DNA of 40,182 nt, taken from positions 1 to 40,182 of the IMG/VR virus record IMGVR_UViG_3300037424_000543; one strand, given 5' to 3'. Numbering within the stretch: position 1 is the stretch's first letter; every line of letters begins with the position of its first letter. The notes under the pieces were generated by a model that was not told the DNA's origin, searched no databases, and saw nothing but the letters and a program-made list of their open reading frames with translations. Made by a program: the position numbers and the translations under genes. Positions 24,928 through 33,669 of this stretch are shown piece by piece. The stretch is from a virus (taxonomy: Duplodnaviria > Caudoviricetes).

Positions 24928-26123
24928 GGGACAGCCTCGATGGCTGAGAATTGTAGGCCGTAGAACTGCGCATCATCCACGTTCCAGGTGCTCGGGCCGC
25001 CGAACAGGCGGAACGCGCCGGTGCAGTCCGCTACGGCGATGGCGGCGTTGTCCGCGGGCACCTCGCGCAGCGTGGGCCAAAGGTGCAGCTCCGCGCAGCC
25101 CTGCGCATCGCTGGTCACGTCCTGCATGATCTTGTAGAGGCGAGTCGTGGTGCCGGAGCCGACGGAAATATAGTCCCCGGCTTTGAGAATCACGGTGGCG
25201 GCGGTCCAGCCGTCGGAGTAGAGTTCTTCGCCGCCGGCGCTCGGTGCTTCGGCGGAAACGGCGGCGGTCGTGGTTTTCAAGTAGCTCACTGGAACTGCTG
25301 ATTCCGAAAGCTGCGCGCCCCAGGTGTCTACATAGCCGGTAAAGCTTGCGCCGCCGCCGGCTAGGATTATGTCAACGACCAATGAGGTATTGCCAGTGCT
25401 GTTATTCGCTAACACCCCCCACAAACGATACCAGCCTTCGCCGACATCTTCGACGCCAAAATCATCCAGCGCACCGCTTGAAATGCTGGTTGCGTGCGTT
25501 GCCCAAGTCAAACGCACAGAACCGTTAATGCCTGTGCCACCTGAGTAAGTTAACCTGATTACCGATGATTGTGTTGTGCCCTCTTTAAAATACACGGAAA
25601 AACAGCGTGATACCGCGTCATCCCCTACTGTAATTGATGGCTGTATCACAGCAAAAATATTCCCGGCGGCGGTGTCTTCCAGTCGATCTGCCGTAGTGTT
25701 TCCATCCGGCGCGGTGGCTTGATCCGCCGTGATAGTGCCGGTGCCGGAGGTGGTCCAGGTAGTCGTGAAATCTTCGGATTGCAGCAACAGGTTGTTGCGA
25801 TATTCCACCAGTGGCGTGCCCGTAGGCGTACCGCGCGCCGTGGCGGCGTTGGGGTCGCCGGCCAGGAACACGCGCTCCGGACCGTTGCAGCGCGCCAGGA
25901 ACGCCAGCCACTGCTCCGCGTCCGCGCGCTCCATGGGCGGCAGGTTCCAGGATGCGCGCCAACGCTTGCCGGCGAACACCTGCACCTGCTCCGAATAGCT
26001 CAACGGAGACACTACGCGGCCCACGGCCTGCTCCATATGCAGCGTGACCGTGCGCGGCTTGGTCGGCAAACCGCTGTCCAGCGTGGGTAGCGCCAGCGGT
26101 TCAGTGATCGAAAAAAGCGCCAT
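24924..26123 (-). CDS. Distal tail protein with inserted carbohydrate-binding-like domain
   Basis: Directly after the tape measure; SP.S..EQV...G.RW N-part and LKAGDY C-part flank an NLL.QSE.F..W..APDG insert. Confidence 0.78.
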   Translation of the reverse strand: MALFSITEPLALPTLDSGLPTKPRTVTLHMEQAVGRVVSPLSYSEQVQVFAGKRWRASWNLPPMERADAEQWLAFLARCNGPERVFLAGDPNAATARGTPTGTPLVEYRNNLLLQSEDFTTTWTTSGTGTITADQATAPDGNTTADRLEDTAAGNIFAVIQPSITVGDDAVSRCFSVYFKEGTTQSSVIRLTYSGGTGINGSVRLTWATHATSISSGALDDFGVEDVGEGWYRLWGVLANNSTGNTSLVVDIILAGGGASFTGYVDTWGAQLSESAVPVSYLKTTTAAVSAEAPSAGGEELYSDGWTAATVILKAGDYISVGSGTTTRLYKIMQDVTSDAQGCAELHLWPTLREVPADNAAIAVADCTGAFRLFGGPSTWNVDDAQFYGLQFSAIEAVP

Positions 26124-26132
26124 GATGCCTCG

Positions 26133-27458
26133 CTAGATGCTGGTGGCGGTGCGTCCGCCGCGTGCTCGTTGTTCCGCGACCGCGCGAACGGCAATGGCCG
26201 CGCTTTGTCGGGAAGTCATGCTCGACTGGATCGGCGTCTGACCACTGCCAACGTTGCCCGAACCAAAGGACGGGAAGGGCTGCACAGTGCCGCTCTTGCG
26301 GTTGAAGAGCTGCATGATCCCGCCCTCAACGCCAGCAGCCAACGACATTTCGAGCAGTCGCGCGCCGATGCGTTGCAAGATCATCTCGAATTTTTCCCCC
26401 GCCACCACACCGGCCGCAAAGCCACTCGCAACAGTGCTTGCGAACAGCCGCGTGCCCATCTCAGCTTCTTGCAGTCGTTGCGTGTACGCCTCCATCTGGT
26501 GCGTCGGCCAATCCGCGTTGCGGGATTCAGCTTCGATGAACGCCTGTTCCACCGTGCTATACGCGGCGGCGGCGGCGCGCACGGCTTCGGCGTCGCGCTC
26601 CATGGCCGCAGCGGCTTCGAGGAAGCCCTGGTTTTCGCCGGTGAACGCTTGTTGCGCGCGCGCGGTGCCCCGGCCAAAAGCGGCTTCTCTTCGTCCTCTG
26701 CTTTGAGACGTCTGCGCGAATCTTTCCTCCTGCCTGAAGCTGGCCAGCAAGTCTCTATTGATCTGCTCACGCAACTTCAATTCTTCACGCGCGGCAGCTA
26801 ATGTGGCTCGCGCCTGCCTTGCCTGCGGGTCGCGTGGCGCGGCGGTCGGAGTAAAATATTTCCGCGGATCGAATAGGCCGGGCGGACGTATTACTGGCGG
26901 CGGTGCCGGTGGCGGCTTGGTCTGTTCCTCAAGTTCGGCAATGCGCGTTTTCAAAGCGGCGGTGCTCAATAACCTCGGATCGGAAACACGATCCGCCATG
27001 TGTTGCGCTGCATTCGCGGCGCGTTCCATGCTCGAAGCGAACGATTCCATGAGCGGAGCCGCGACTTGCAGCCCGGAAACAACAATGCCGGAAATTGCTT
27101 TGCCCATCGCGTCGAACTGCTTGTTGCTGCGCTTGGCGGCGTCCGCCAGCGGCCCACCCATGGCTTCGGCGGTTCGCAGCGAATTGCGGATGAGCAACCC
27201 CAGGCCGGCGACCCCAATCGCTCCTCCGATACTGCCCGTGGCGAGTTTGGATGCGAAGCTGGCGAAACCCCGCAAGCTGGCGGTGGTGCTCGTATAGGCC
27301 CGGCCCAGGCGTCGCGCGGCGGATTCTTGCGAGGCCATGGAGCGGTTCATGCGCGCGGTGCTGGAGGTCAACGCAGCCTCGGCCTTACCCAGGTCTGCGC
27401 GAAACTCCGCGTCACCCGCGCTGATCTTGACGTGCAGCCCGCCGATCTCAGTTGCCAT
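26133..27458 (-). CDS. Tail tape measure protein (short)
   Basis: IG.L.VKI.A...F N-terminus, Ala-rich helical; follows the chaperones. Confidence 0.85.
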   Translation of the reverse strand: MATEIGGLHVKISAGDAEFRADLGKAEAALTSSTARMNRSMASQESAARRLGRAYTSTTASLRGFASFASKLATGSIGGAIGVAGLGLLIRNSLRTAEAMGGPLADAAKRSNKQFDAMGKAISGIVVSGLQVAAPLMESFASSMERAANAAQHMADRVSDPRLLSTAALKTRIAELEEQTKPPPAPPPVIRPPGLFDPRKYFTPTAAPRDPQARQARATLAAAREELKLREQINRDLLASFRQEERFAQTSQSRGRREAAFGRGTARAQQAFTGENQGFLEAAAAMERDAEAVRAAAAAYSTVEQAFIEAESRNADWPTHQMEAYTQRLQEAEMGTRLFASTVASGFAAGVVAGEKFEMILQRIGARLLEMSLAAGVEGGIMQLFNRKSGTVQPFPSFGSGNVGSGQTPIQSSMTSRQSAAIAVRAVAEQRARGGRTATSI

Positions 27459-27706
27459 TATCGCTCCCTGCGTTCCACGATCTTCCGGCGCGCGCCGTCT
27501 GCCATGCCCCGCAATCGCGCCGCAATGGCATCGTCAGCTGAATCCGTCACTGGTTGCGGGGCCGGATGCGTGGCGGCGTAGAAGTCCCACCACTCCAGAT
27601 ATTGCACTTCGGTCAGCTCGGCCAGCAATCCCTCCACATTGGCCCGCCCCAGCTTGAGCGCCAGCCAGTACGCGAACATCCGGGCCGGGCGGGCACTTAT
27701 TTTTTT
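27458..27706 (-). CDS. Tail assembly chaperone frameshift extension (gpT-like)
   Basis: -1 frame is open from the slippery site: KISARPARMFAYWLALKLG...EW..FY. Confidence 0.8.
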   Translation of the reverse strand, partial: KKISARPARMFAYWLALKLGRANVEGLLAELTEVQYLEWWDFYAATHPAPQPVTDSADDAIAARLRGMADGARRKIVERRER

Positions 27707-28125
27707 CCGGGCGCCTCCTGGTCCCGTGGTTCGAACAAGTCCTGCATCGCCAGGAAGATCGCGGCCAGCGGCTCCATGTCCAGGCCCAGGGCCAACGTTC
27801 GGGCTTCATCGAGCGGCAGACGCGCGCCGTCCGGCTCGCACAATACGCGCGCCACGTACTCTGCGAACCACAATTGCCGCGTGCGCGTGCGGGCTATGCG
27901 CTGTTCGTGCGGTTCGTCATCCTCGCTTTCCCACGGCGGGGGCCGATCTTTTTGCAGGGCGTGGCCGGCGTCGATCCAGTCCACGCGCTCAAGCGCCGTG
28001 AAGCGCCGGGCATACAGCATACCCAGCCCTTCGATTTCCGCCGACACCACCGGCGGCATCCCCGCGCGGCGCAGAGCGTCCAGTGTAGGCGTTGCGGGTG
28101 GTGCCGGTGCCTGCATCTCTTCCAT
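27697..28125 (-). CDS. Tail assembly chaperone (gpG-like)
   Basis: Between tail tube and tape measure; ends PGKK at an A7 run. Confidence 0.85.
   Translation of the reverse strand: MEEMQAPAPPATPTLDALRRAGMPPVVSAEIEGLGMLYARRFTALERVDWIDAGHALQKDRPPPWESEDDEPHEQRIARTRTRQLWFAEYVARVLCEPDGARLPLDEARTLALGLDMEPLAAIFLAMQDLFEPRDQEAPGKK
27700..27706 (-). promoter_or_regulatory. Programmed -1 frameshift site A AAA AAA
   Basis: GGA AAA AAA TAA; the downstream ORF is in the -1 frame with no intervening stop. Confidence 0.85.
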
Positions 28126-28132
28126 GTGCCTC

Positions 28133-28570
28133 CTACGGCGTGGTGTCGTGGATCAGTGCAACCCCGTTGCTGCACTTGATCGTGAAAGGTACCCGATGCA
28201 CGTCACCGCCTACGCTGGACGCATTGACGTGCTGCACTTCGGACGGCTGGCCCGTGCCCTGGAATTCGGGGTTCGTGGCGCTGATCGCATCGGTCTTGGA
28301 TTTTCTGACCGCCACCGTGGCCGGCGTGCTGAGCATGGCGGAGAGCTTGGCATAGACGCTGGAGGCGGAATAGTCCATGTCAAAAGTTCCACGCACCTCC
28401 CAATCCAGCACATTTGAGTTCTTGCGCCGCGCGCCTGTGTCGCCCATCACCGTAGCGTCCGCGCTGGTGATGGTGTTCTCGATTACCTGGATGTCGCGCA
28501 CGTGGTCGGACAGGTCCGTGCCGCCGATGGCAAAATAGGCGTCGGAGATGAAAGCAGGTGTGGCGGTCAT
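28133..28570 (-). CDS. Major tail tube protein
   Basis: I.G.DLSDHV, D.T.MGD, SATNPE..G motifs; synteny. Confidence 0.8.
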   Translation of the reverse strand: MTATPAFISDAYFAIGGTDLSDHVRDIQVIENTITSADATVMGDTGARRKNSNVLDWEVRGTFDMDYSASSVYAKLSAMLSTPATVAVRKSKTDAISATNPEFQGTGQPSEVQHVNASSVGGDVHRVPFTIKCSNGVALIHDTTP

Positions 28571-28579
28571 GGCGTGCTC

Positions 28580-29296
28580 CTAGAGGATGCCAACGGTGAG
28601 AACGAAACTGAACGGGCCGGTTGCGATGGTCCACGACGCGCGCCACCATGCATCCGTGACGGCGCCCGCAAGGGACTTCCACTCACTGGTTACGCCCGTG
28701 GCTTGGGTGAACGTAATGCGATTCGTCGGCGCTCCCCAGGAATCGGTCGCCGCGCTTTGAAGAATCACATCCAGCGTGCCGGTGCCGCTGAGCACATGCA
28801 GCGCCGCGTAGATTTCCTGTGTTGCCGAGATGGCGCCCACCTCCACGGCGGTTTCCGCATCGGTCGCAGTTTCCGAGCCGGAGTGCAGAAGCTGTCCCTT
28901 GACCACGCGCAGCCCGGCGTCGGAGAGCGCGGAAAACGTGAACGCACCTACCTTGTCCACACCCGCATCGAACGGCATGAACTCCGTCACCACCGCGCGA
29001 AACAGCATGGATGTATTGCCCAGGGTCAGACCTTCCGGGATCACGGACACCGGGTTGTTGCCGGTGGCGATGCCCGCGTTGATCTGCACATCAATCGTCT
29101 CTGGGTCAAAGTACCCGGCCATGCCGAGACTGCCCTGGGGTGGTCCCGCAACGCGGCGTGCGCCGGTATCGCCGAAGATCGGCGTGTCGACCAACGGGGC
29201 CTGTTCTACTAATTGCGCGGCGTTGGCGAAGCCGGACAGATCGTACCCGGCCCAATAGACCTTGACGTCACTTAGAAATTGAGGATTTGCGGTCAT
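28580..29296 (-). CDS. Tail-tube-like structural protein
   Basis: N-terminus parallels the next gene (GYDLSG, DT..FGDTGARR); extra C-terminal domain. Confidence 0.7.
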   Translation of the reverse strand: MTANPQFLSDVKVYWAGYDLSGFANAAQLVEQAPLVDTPIFGDTGARRVAGPPQGSLGMAGYFDPETIDVQINAGIATGNNPVSVIPEGLTLGNTSMLFRAVVTEFMPFDAGVDKVGAFTFSALSDAGLRVVKGQLLHSGSETATDAETAVEVGAISATQEIYAALHVLSGTGTLDVILQSAATDSWGAPTNRITFTQATGVTSEWKSLAGAVTDAWWRASWTIATGPFSFVLTVGIL

Positions 29297-29300
29297 GTCG

Positions 29301-29699
29301 TCACTTGTTGTAGTTGACCCGGAAGTCCAGGCTCACGCGGAACACCGCGTCCTCCATGTCCTCCAATTCCGTCAGGTCGCGGCGCGCATCAAGAAAAATG
29401 TCGCTGATGAGCGTGCCCGTGCTGGTGCTGTAGCGCAGCAGTGCGGCCTCCGCCTGATCCGCCACGGACTGCGCGTCTGTGATATCGTCCGCGTAGCAAT
29501 CCACCTGCAAACGTCCCACGCGCAATGTTCCCGTCGCGCCCATGGCATCGCCTGGCGCGATGTGGTCCACGAAGGTGAACACCACGTCCGGCAGAGCCTC
29601 ATTTGCGGGGGCGCGTAATTGACTGATGCGCGTACTCACGATGTCAGTGAGCGCACTGTAGCCGGACAGGCGGCTGTAGATTTGCGCCTCCAAGGTCAT
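29301..29699 (-). CDS. Tail terminator/completion protein
   Basis: Synteny; LP.VVF, RLQVDCYA, FRVSLDF. Confidence 0.85.
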   Translation of the reverse strand: MTLEAQIYSRLSGYSALTDIVSTRISQLRAPANEALPDVVFTFVDHIAPGDAMGATGTLRVGRLQVDCYADDITDAQSVADQAEAALLRYSTSTGTLISDIFLDARRDLTELEDMEDAVFRVSLDFRVNYNK

Positions 29700-30271
29700 C
29701 TGCGCCTCGAGAGTCGCTTGTTGTACGTCCCTGCCAATTTCTCCGCCTCGATCCTTACCGCCTCCGCCAGGCGCCTTTTGATATTCTCCAGCACGCGCTC
29801 CTTTGTCGCGTCCCAGGCCGGGCGCAGGAACGGCCGCGCGGATATCTTGCGCGTGCCGAACTCCAGGAACATGCCGTAGAACGCGCTGCGCGTAGGCCCG
29901 ACGGTGAACAACGCCATTTCCGGCCCCGTGCGCACACGACGCACGGCGATGTGCCTGCGCAGGTAGCCGGGCAAACGGAATAGCGCCGACCATCGGCCTT
30001 TCTTGCGCTGGTTGCGAATGAATCGCGCTTCTCCACGACGCTGCGTTTCAATCGTCACGGGTGATGCCCCGCTGCCCACTTCCATGCTCGTTGTCCGGCC
30101 GCGCACGGGCGCCAGGCGCATGGCTTCGTCGCGTGTGATCTTCGCCGCTCCGCGTACCGCGCGGTCCAGGGCCTTCTTCTGGATTTTGTCTGGAAGCTGA
30201 CGCAGCACCTGGCGCAACTCGGCAAGGCCCTCGATGCGATGTGTGGTCCCCTCGAAATTGAACGTTGCCAT
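29696..30271 (-). CDS. HK97 gp10-family neck protein
   Basis: IEGL.EL...L, FYG.FLEFGT......PFLRPAWD. Confidence 0.92.
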   Translation of the reverse strand: MATFNFEGTTHRIEGLAELRQVLRQLPDKIQKKALDRAVRGAAKITRDEAMRLAPVRGRTTSMEVGSGASPVTIETQRRGEARFIRNQRKKGRWSALFRLPGYLRRHIAVRRVRTGPEMALFTVGPTRSAFYGMFLEFGTRKISARPFLRPAWDATKERVLENIKRRLAEAVRIEAEKLAGTYNKRLSRRR

Positions 30272-30588
30272 CAGGTCCTCACGCGCTTGCAGATCAACTC
30301 AAGCCCCTCGTTGCGGCCAAGTTCTTTGATACCCTTGATGTCCCACGTTGCACTATCAAAGCTGACGCGCATGGCCGTGGTGACGGTGCTCAGGTAACGA
30401 ATTTTCCAGACGGTATCTATTTCCATGAGCAGCCCACCTGCCTGTAGGGTCTCCCGTGATCCCATATCGATTTTCTGCGCCCACACCGTTGCATGCGTTC
30501 CCCATGACGAGATGTTCGTACCGCCGCCGTCCTTGGACGGTGTGTTCGTCTGGATCGTGATGTAGCGATCCATCGCCCCGGCGCGCAT
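30271..30588 (-). CDS. Head closure protein
   Basis: MRAG.M...ITIQ, W...ATVWA, IRY, MRV. Confidence 0.92.
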   Translation of the reverse strand: MRAGAMDRYITIQTNTPSKDGGGTNISSWGTHATVWAQKIDMGSRETLQAGGLLMEIDTVWKIRYLSTVTTAMRVSFDSATWDIKGIKELGRNEGLELICKRVRT

Positions 30589-31415
30589 CAGAACCTCACC
30601 ACGGTGTAGGAGCGCAGCAGCGCGGCCACGGTCGGCATTTCATTCACGATATTCCCCACGTTGATGCGTTCGCGGTTGGCGTACAGGTCGCCCAGCACCA
30701 GCAGCATCGCATTGAGCATGTTCGCCGGAATCGGTGTCGGGCCGACAAAGTGCGTACCGGTGCCCGCGCCGGTGACGTTGATCCCCGCGCCGCCGGACGT
30801 GGCGGACAGCTGCATGGTGGTGGCCCCGGAAGACACCACGTAATAGTCGGTTATGAGCGCGGTCAGGCCCGTGGGCGCGGCGCCGCCGGAATTGGAAACG
30901 CGTACCACATCGTCATCGTCAAATAGTTGCGGAAGCGGCGTCAGCACGCCGGGATTGGCGACCGTGCTCGTGAACGGCGCGACATATCCGCAACGGAAAC
31001 GGATGGTGGCGGCTTCGGCCTGGGCGCGCGTGATGGGGTAGAGCTCCGCGTAGGCGGGTACGATGCGGCCCGGTTCCGCACGATCCCCGGTGGGCGCCAG
31101 CACAATGTACTTGCTGGCGGTCCAGGTCTGCGTATCTCCGGCCGTATCAACGTACGTGATGGATTCGACGGACAGCAGCGGCGGCCAAGGCAACTCAACC
31201 GGCGTGTCGCTGTGCGCGGGGAAGCAATCGAACTTCAAATCCCAGGTCTGCGCCACCATGGCCCGCCCGGTCCAGCCCTCGATCTCCCCACGCGCAGCGG
31301 CGATGTAGCTCTCGATCAGCGCATCCTCGTCGGATGCGGTGACGCGCAGATGCAGCTTGGCCGCAATCTTGTTGATGGGCTCCGCCTGCGGCCCTTGCAC
31401 CAGGTACAGGGTCAT
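30588..31415 (-). CDS. Head-tail connector (HK97 gp6-like) with inserted domain
   Basis: EP....AK.HLRV...EDALI..YI.AAR; C-terminal AMLL..GDLYANRE; ~85-aa insert. Confidence 0.9.
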   Translation of the reverse strand: MTLYLVQGPQAEPINKIAAKLHLRVTASDEDALIESYIAAARGEIEGWTGRAMVAQTWDLKFDCFPAHSDTPVELPWPPLLSVESITYVDTAGDTQTWTASKYIVLAPTGDRAEPGRIVPAYAELYPITRAQAEAATIRFRCGYVAPFTSTVANPGVLTPLPQLFDDDDVVRVSNSGGAAPTGLTALITDYYVVSSGATTMQLSATSGGAGINVTGAGTGTHFVGPTPIPANMLNAMLLVLGDLYANRERINVGNIVNEMPTVAALLRSYTVVRF

Positions 31416-31432
31416 GGTAGCCCATCCAGATT

Positions 31433-32086
31433 TCAGCCCAGCTTGAGCGCGAACACGCCGTACACGAATCCGCCTTGGAACAGCGCCGTGGTGCCGGCCG
31501 GGGCCAGCACGCTCAGGCCCAGCGCATAGCCGGGCGGGACGATGAACATGCCGTCCACATTCGCCACCAAGCCGGAGCCGACGGAAATGGCGGACACCTG
31601 ATCGCGCGCCGCAACGGTCGTCCACACCGGCGCGGACTCCAGGGTAACGGCGCCCGCGAAAACCGCCTGCGGGGAAGGCGAGCCGGGCGTGAGCGCCTCA
31701 TGCACACTGGAGGCGTAGGCTGTCTCCGCTGCGGCCTGCTTCGTACCGGGCAACCCGGCAATCAACGACATGCCCAGGCCGAGCGTGCCGGAAATGGAAG
31801 TCGCGTACAGGTCGAAAACAACCAGGTGATACGGATCGCCATACCCGTTGTAGAGCGCCCAGGCTGCGGCGGTCGTGGGCGGAGCGGCCACGGGAGCCTT
31901 CGCGGTGCCCGCGCCGGTGTTGGCGCCGTAGAGCTTGCGCGCACGCGCGGCTTCCGTGCGCGAAGGCAGAGCGCCCTGGCTGATGAGCAGGTGCTTGTAC
32001 TGATCCAACGACAGCGGGTGGCGCCCGCTCTCGACGTGATCCAACGTGCCGACCACACCTTCTGCTTGGATGGCTTCGATTCCCAT
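31433..32086 (-). CDS. Hypothetical virion protein
   Basis: Located in the head operon; GAGG SD. Confidence 0.75.
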   Translation of the reverse strand: MGIEAIQAEGVVGTLDHVESGRHPLSLDQYKHLLISQGALPSRTEAARARKLYGANTGAGTAKAPVAAPPTTAAAWALYNGYGDPYHLVVFDLYATSISGTLGLGMSLIAGLPGTKQAAAETAYASSVHEALTPGSPSPQAVFAGAVTLESAPVWTTVAARDQVSAISVGSGLVANVDGMFIVPPGYALGLSVLAPAGTTALFQGGFVYGVFALKLG

Positions 32087-32115
32087 TGTAATTCCCTCGT
32101 GATGGTGTGTGCGGT

Positions 32116-33042
32116 TTACGCGAAGGTTTCCACAGTCGGATCAATCGCGCCGGATTCGTTCACCACCGCGGCGCTATAGTTCTCGGCTACCAGACAACCG
32201 GCGGCGTTGACAGGCCGCGTGTTCGTCTTGGCGCCCTGTGTGAGATTGCGCACCACGGCCCCGGTCGTGCTCGTGTGCAGCTTGATGGTCAGACCGGCGG
32301 TGGTGTCGATGTTCTGGCACACGTTGCCGTCCACCATGAGCATGGTGCCCGCCGCGGTGCTGCCGTCGATGCCGGCGACGGAATAGTCGCCCATGATGTA
32401 GTTGTTGCGGATGATGCTGCGATCCGTGGCGCCCGCCAGCTTGATGGCGCTGGCCGCGGCACTGGCCGCGAACTGGAAAAAACGGTTGCCCTCGATGCGC
32501 AAGCGGTCGCAGGCGGCGGCAATCAGAACGCCGATCAAGCTGTTAAGCACAGCGGACGTATCCACGATCTCGCTATCCCACAGTTCGAAACCATCGGCGG
32601 ATGCGCCAACGGAAATCGCGGATGCGATGTCAAGGAAGTTGCTCACAACGCGCAGGCCGATGATGCGCACGTTGGCCGCCGTGACGCTGATGAGCGCGGT
32701 ATCGGCCGTGTCAATGGTCAGCGTGGCGCGCGAACTGCCGCGGCCCAGGCCGATCACCGTCACCCCGGCAATGTCCATCACACAGCCGGTGGCGGACGCG
32801 ATGTCCTCGGCATGGCCGGGCAGGCAATACACCACGTCGCCGGAGCCGACCAGATCGGAACTGAACGCATAGCCCAGCGTGGCAAACGGCGAATCGGGAC
32901 TGGTGCCGTGACCTACCGTGTCGCCGGCGCCCGTCGCCCCGGAATCGACGAACCACACGTCCGCCGGGTGCTGATCGATGTTAACGATGTTGAACGTGCC
33001 GCCGGGCGTGTGCCGGCCGAACAGCGGTGTGCGGGTTCCCAT
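32116..33042 (-). CDS. Right-handed beta-helix protein (head fibre/decoration candidate)
   Basis: WFVDS...G.SP..PFAT..A, GDV....PGH.E, repeated I.GN/I.NN strands. Confidence 0.75.
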   Translation of the reverse strand: MGTRTPLFGRHTPGGTFNIVNIDQHPADVWFVDSGATGAGDTVGHGTSPDSPFATLGYAFSSDLVGSGDVVYCLPGHAEDIASATGCVMDIAGVTVIGLGRGSSRATLTIDTADTALISVTAANVRIIGLRVVSNFLDIASAISVGASADGFELWDSEIVDTSAVLNSLIGVLIAAACDRLRIEGNRFFQFAASAAASAIKLAGATDRSIIRNNYIMGDYSVAGIDGSTAAGTMLMVDGNVCQNIDTTAGLTIKLHTSTTGAVVRNLTQGAKTNTRPVNAAGCLVAENYSAAVVNESGAIDPTVETFA

Positions 33043-33117
33043 CCTGGATTCCCCTTGTGCGGGTTGACCATTGTTGGTTGTGATGAGCCGCGCGCCCTAC
33101 GCGCGCTAAGGCCCATG

Positions 33118-33615
33118 CTATACCTGCGAATCCACGTCGATGTACTTGAGCACGCCGGTGGACGGCGCACCGTTGATCTCGCCATGCGCGTTCACGGGGT
33201 CCTTGATGTAGACACAAGAGATGTTGTCTACGCCCGTGTTGCCCGTCTCCGCGCCGTAGAACCTGATGTGCGTGAAGCCGTTGGCGGCGTCCAGGTCCTC
33301 GGCGCGGACATTGAAGAACAGCTTGTCGCCGTCGGCATCGAGGGGATTGTCCGTGTCGTAATTCCCCGTCGAGCTGGACGATGTGAGGTCCTTGATGCCC
33401 GTGCCGGCGCTGTCACTGGCCTGCTGAATCTTGGCCGTGTCCAGATCGTCGGTCGCGTTCCACGTACCGAGTTCCACCGCGACCAGCACGCGGCTGAACC
33501 CCACCATGGAAGTCCAGTGCAGCGCATCATCGCTGCCGGCCGTGTTGGTCCCGCCAATGTCCGTTTCGGTGAAGGGCCGCTCCACCACCACCTCGTCACT
33601 CAGTCGGATCGTCAT
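33118..33615 (-). CDS. Capsid-associated protein
   Basis: Directly after the capsid gene; V.AEDLD..NGF.HIR. Confidence 0.75.
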   Translation of the reverse strand: MTIRLSDEVVVERPFTETDIGGTNTAGSDDALHWTSMVGFSRVLVAVELGTWNATDDLDTAKIQQASDSAGTGIKDLTSSSSTGNYDTDNPLDADGDKLFFNVRAEDLDAANGFTHIRFYGAETGNTGVDNISCVYIKDPVNAHGEINGAPSTGVLKYIDVDSQV

Positions 33616-33669
33616 TTCTGTTCCCCTGCAAAATGTTCAGGCCGTGTCCAATGTCCAACCCGCGCCAGA

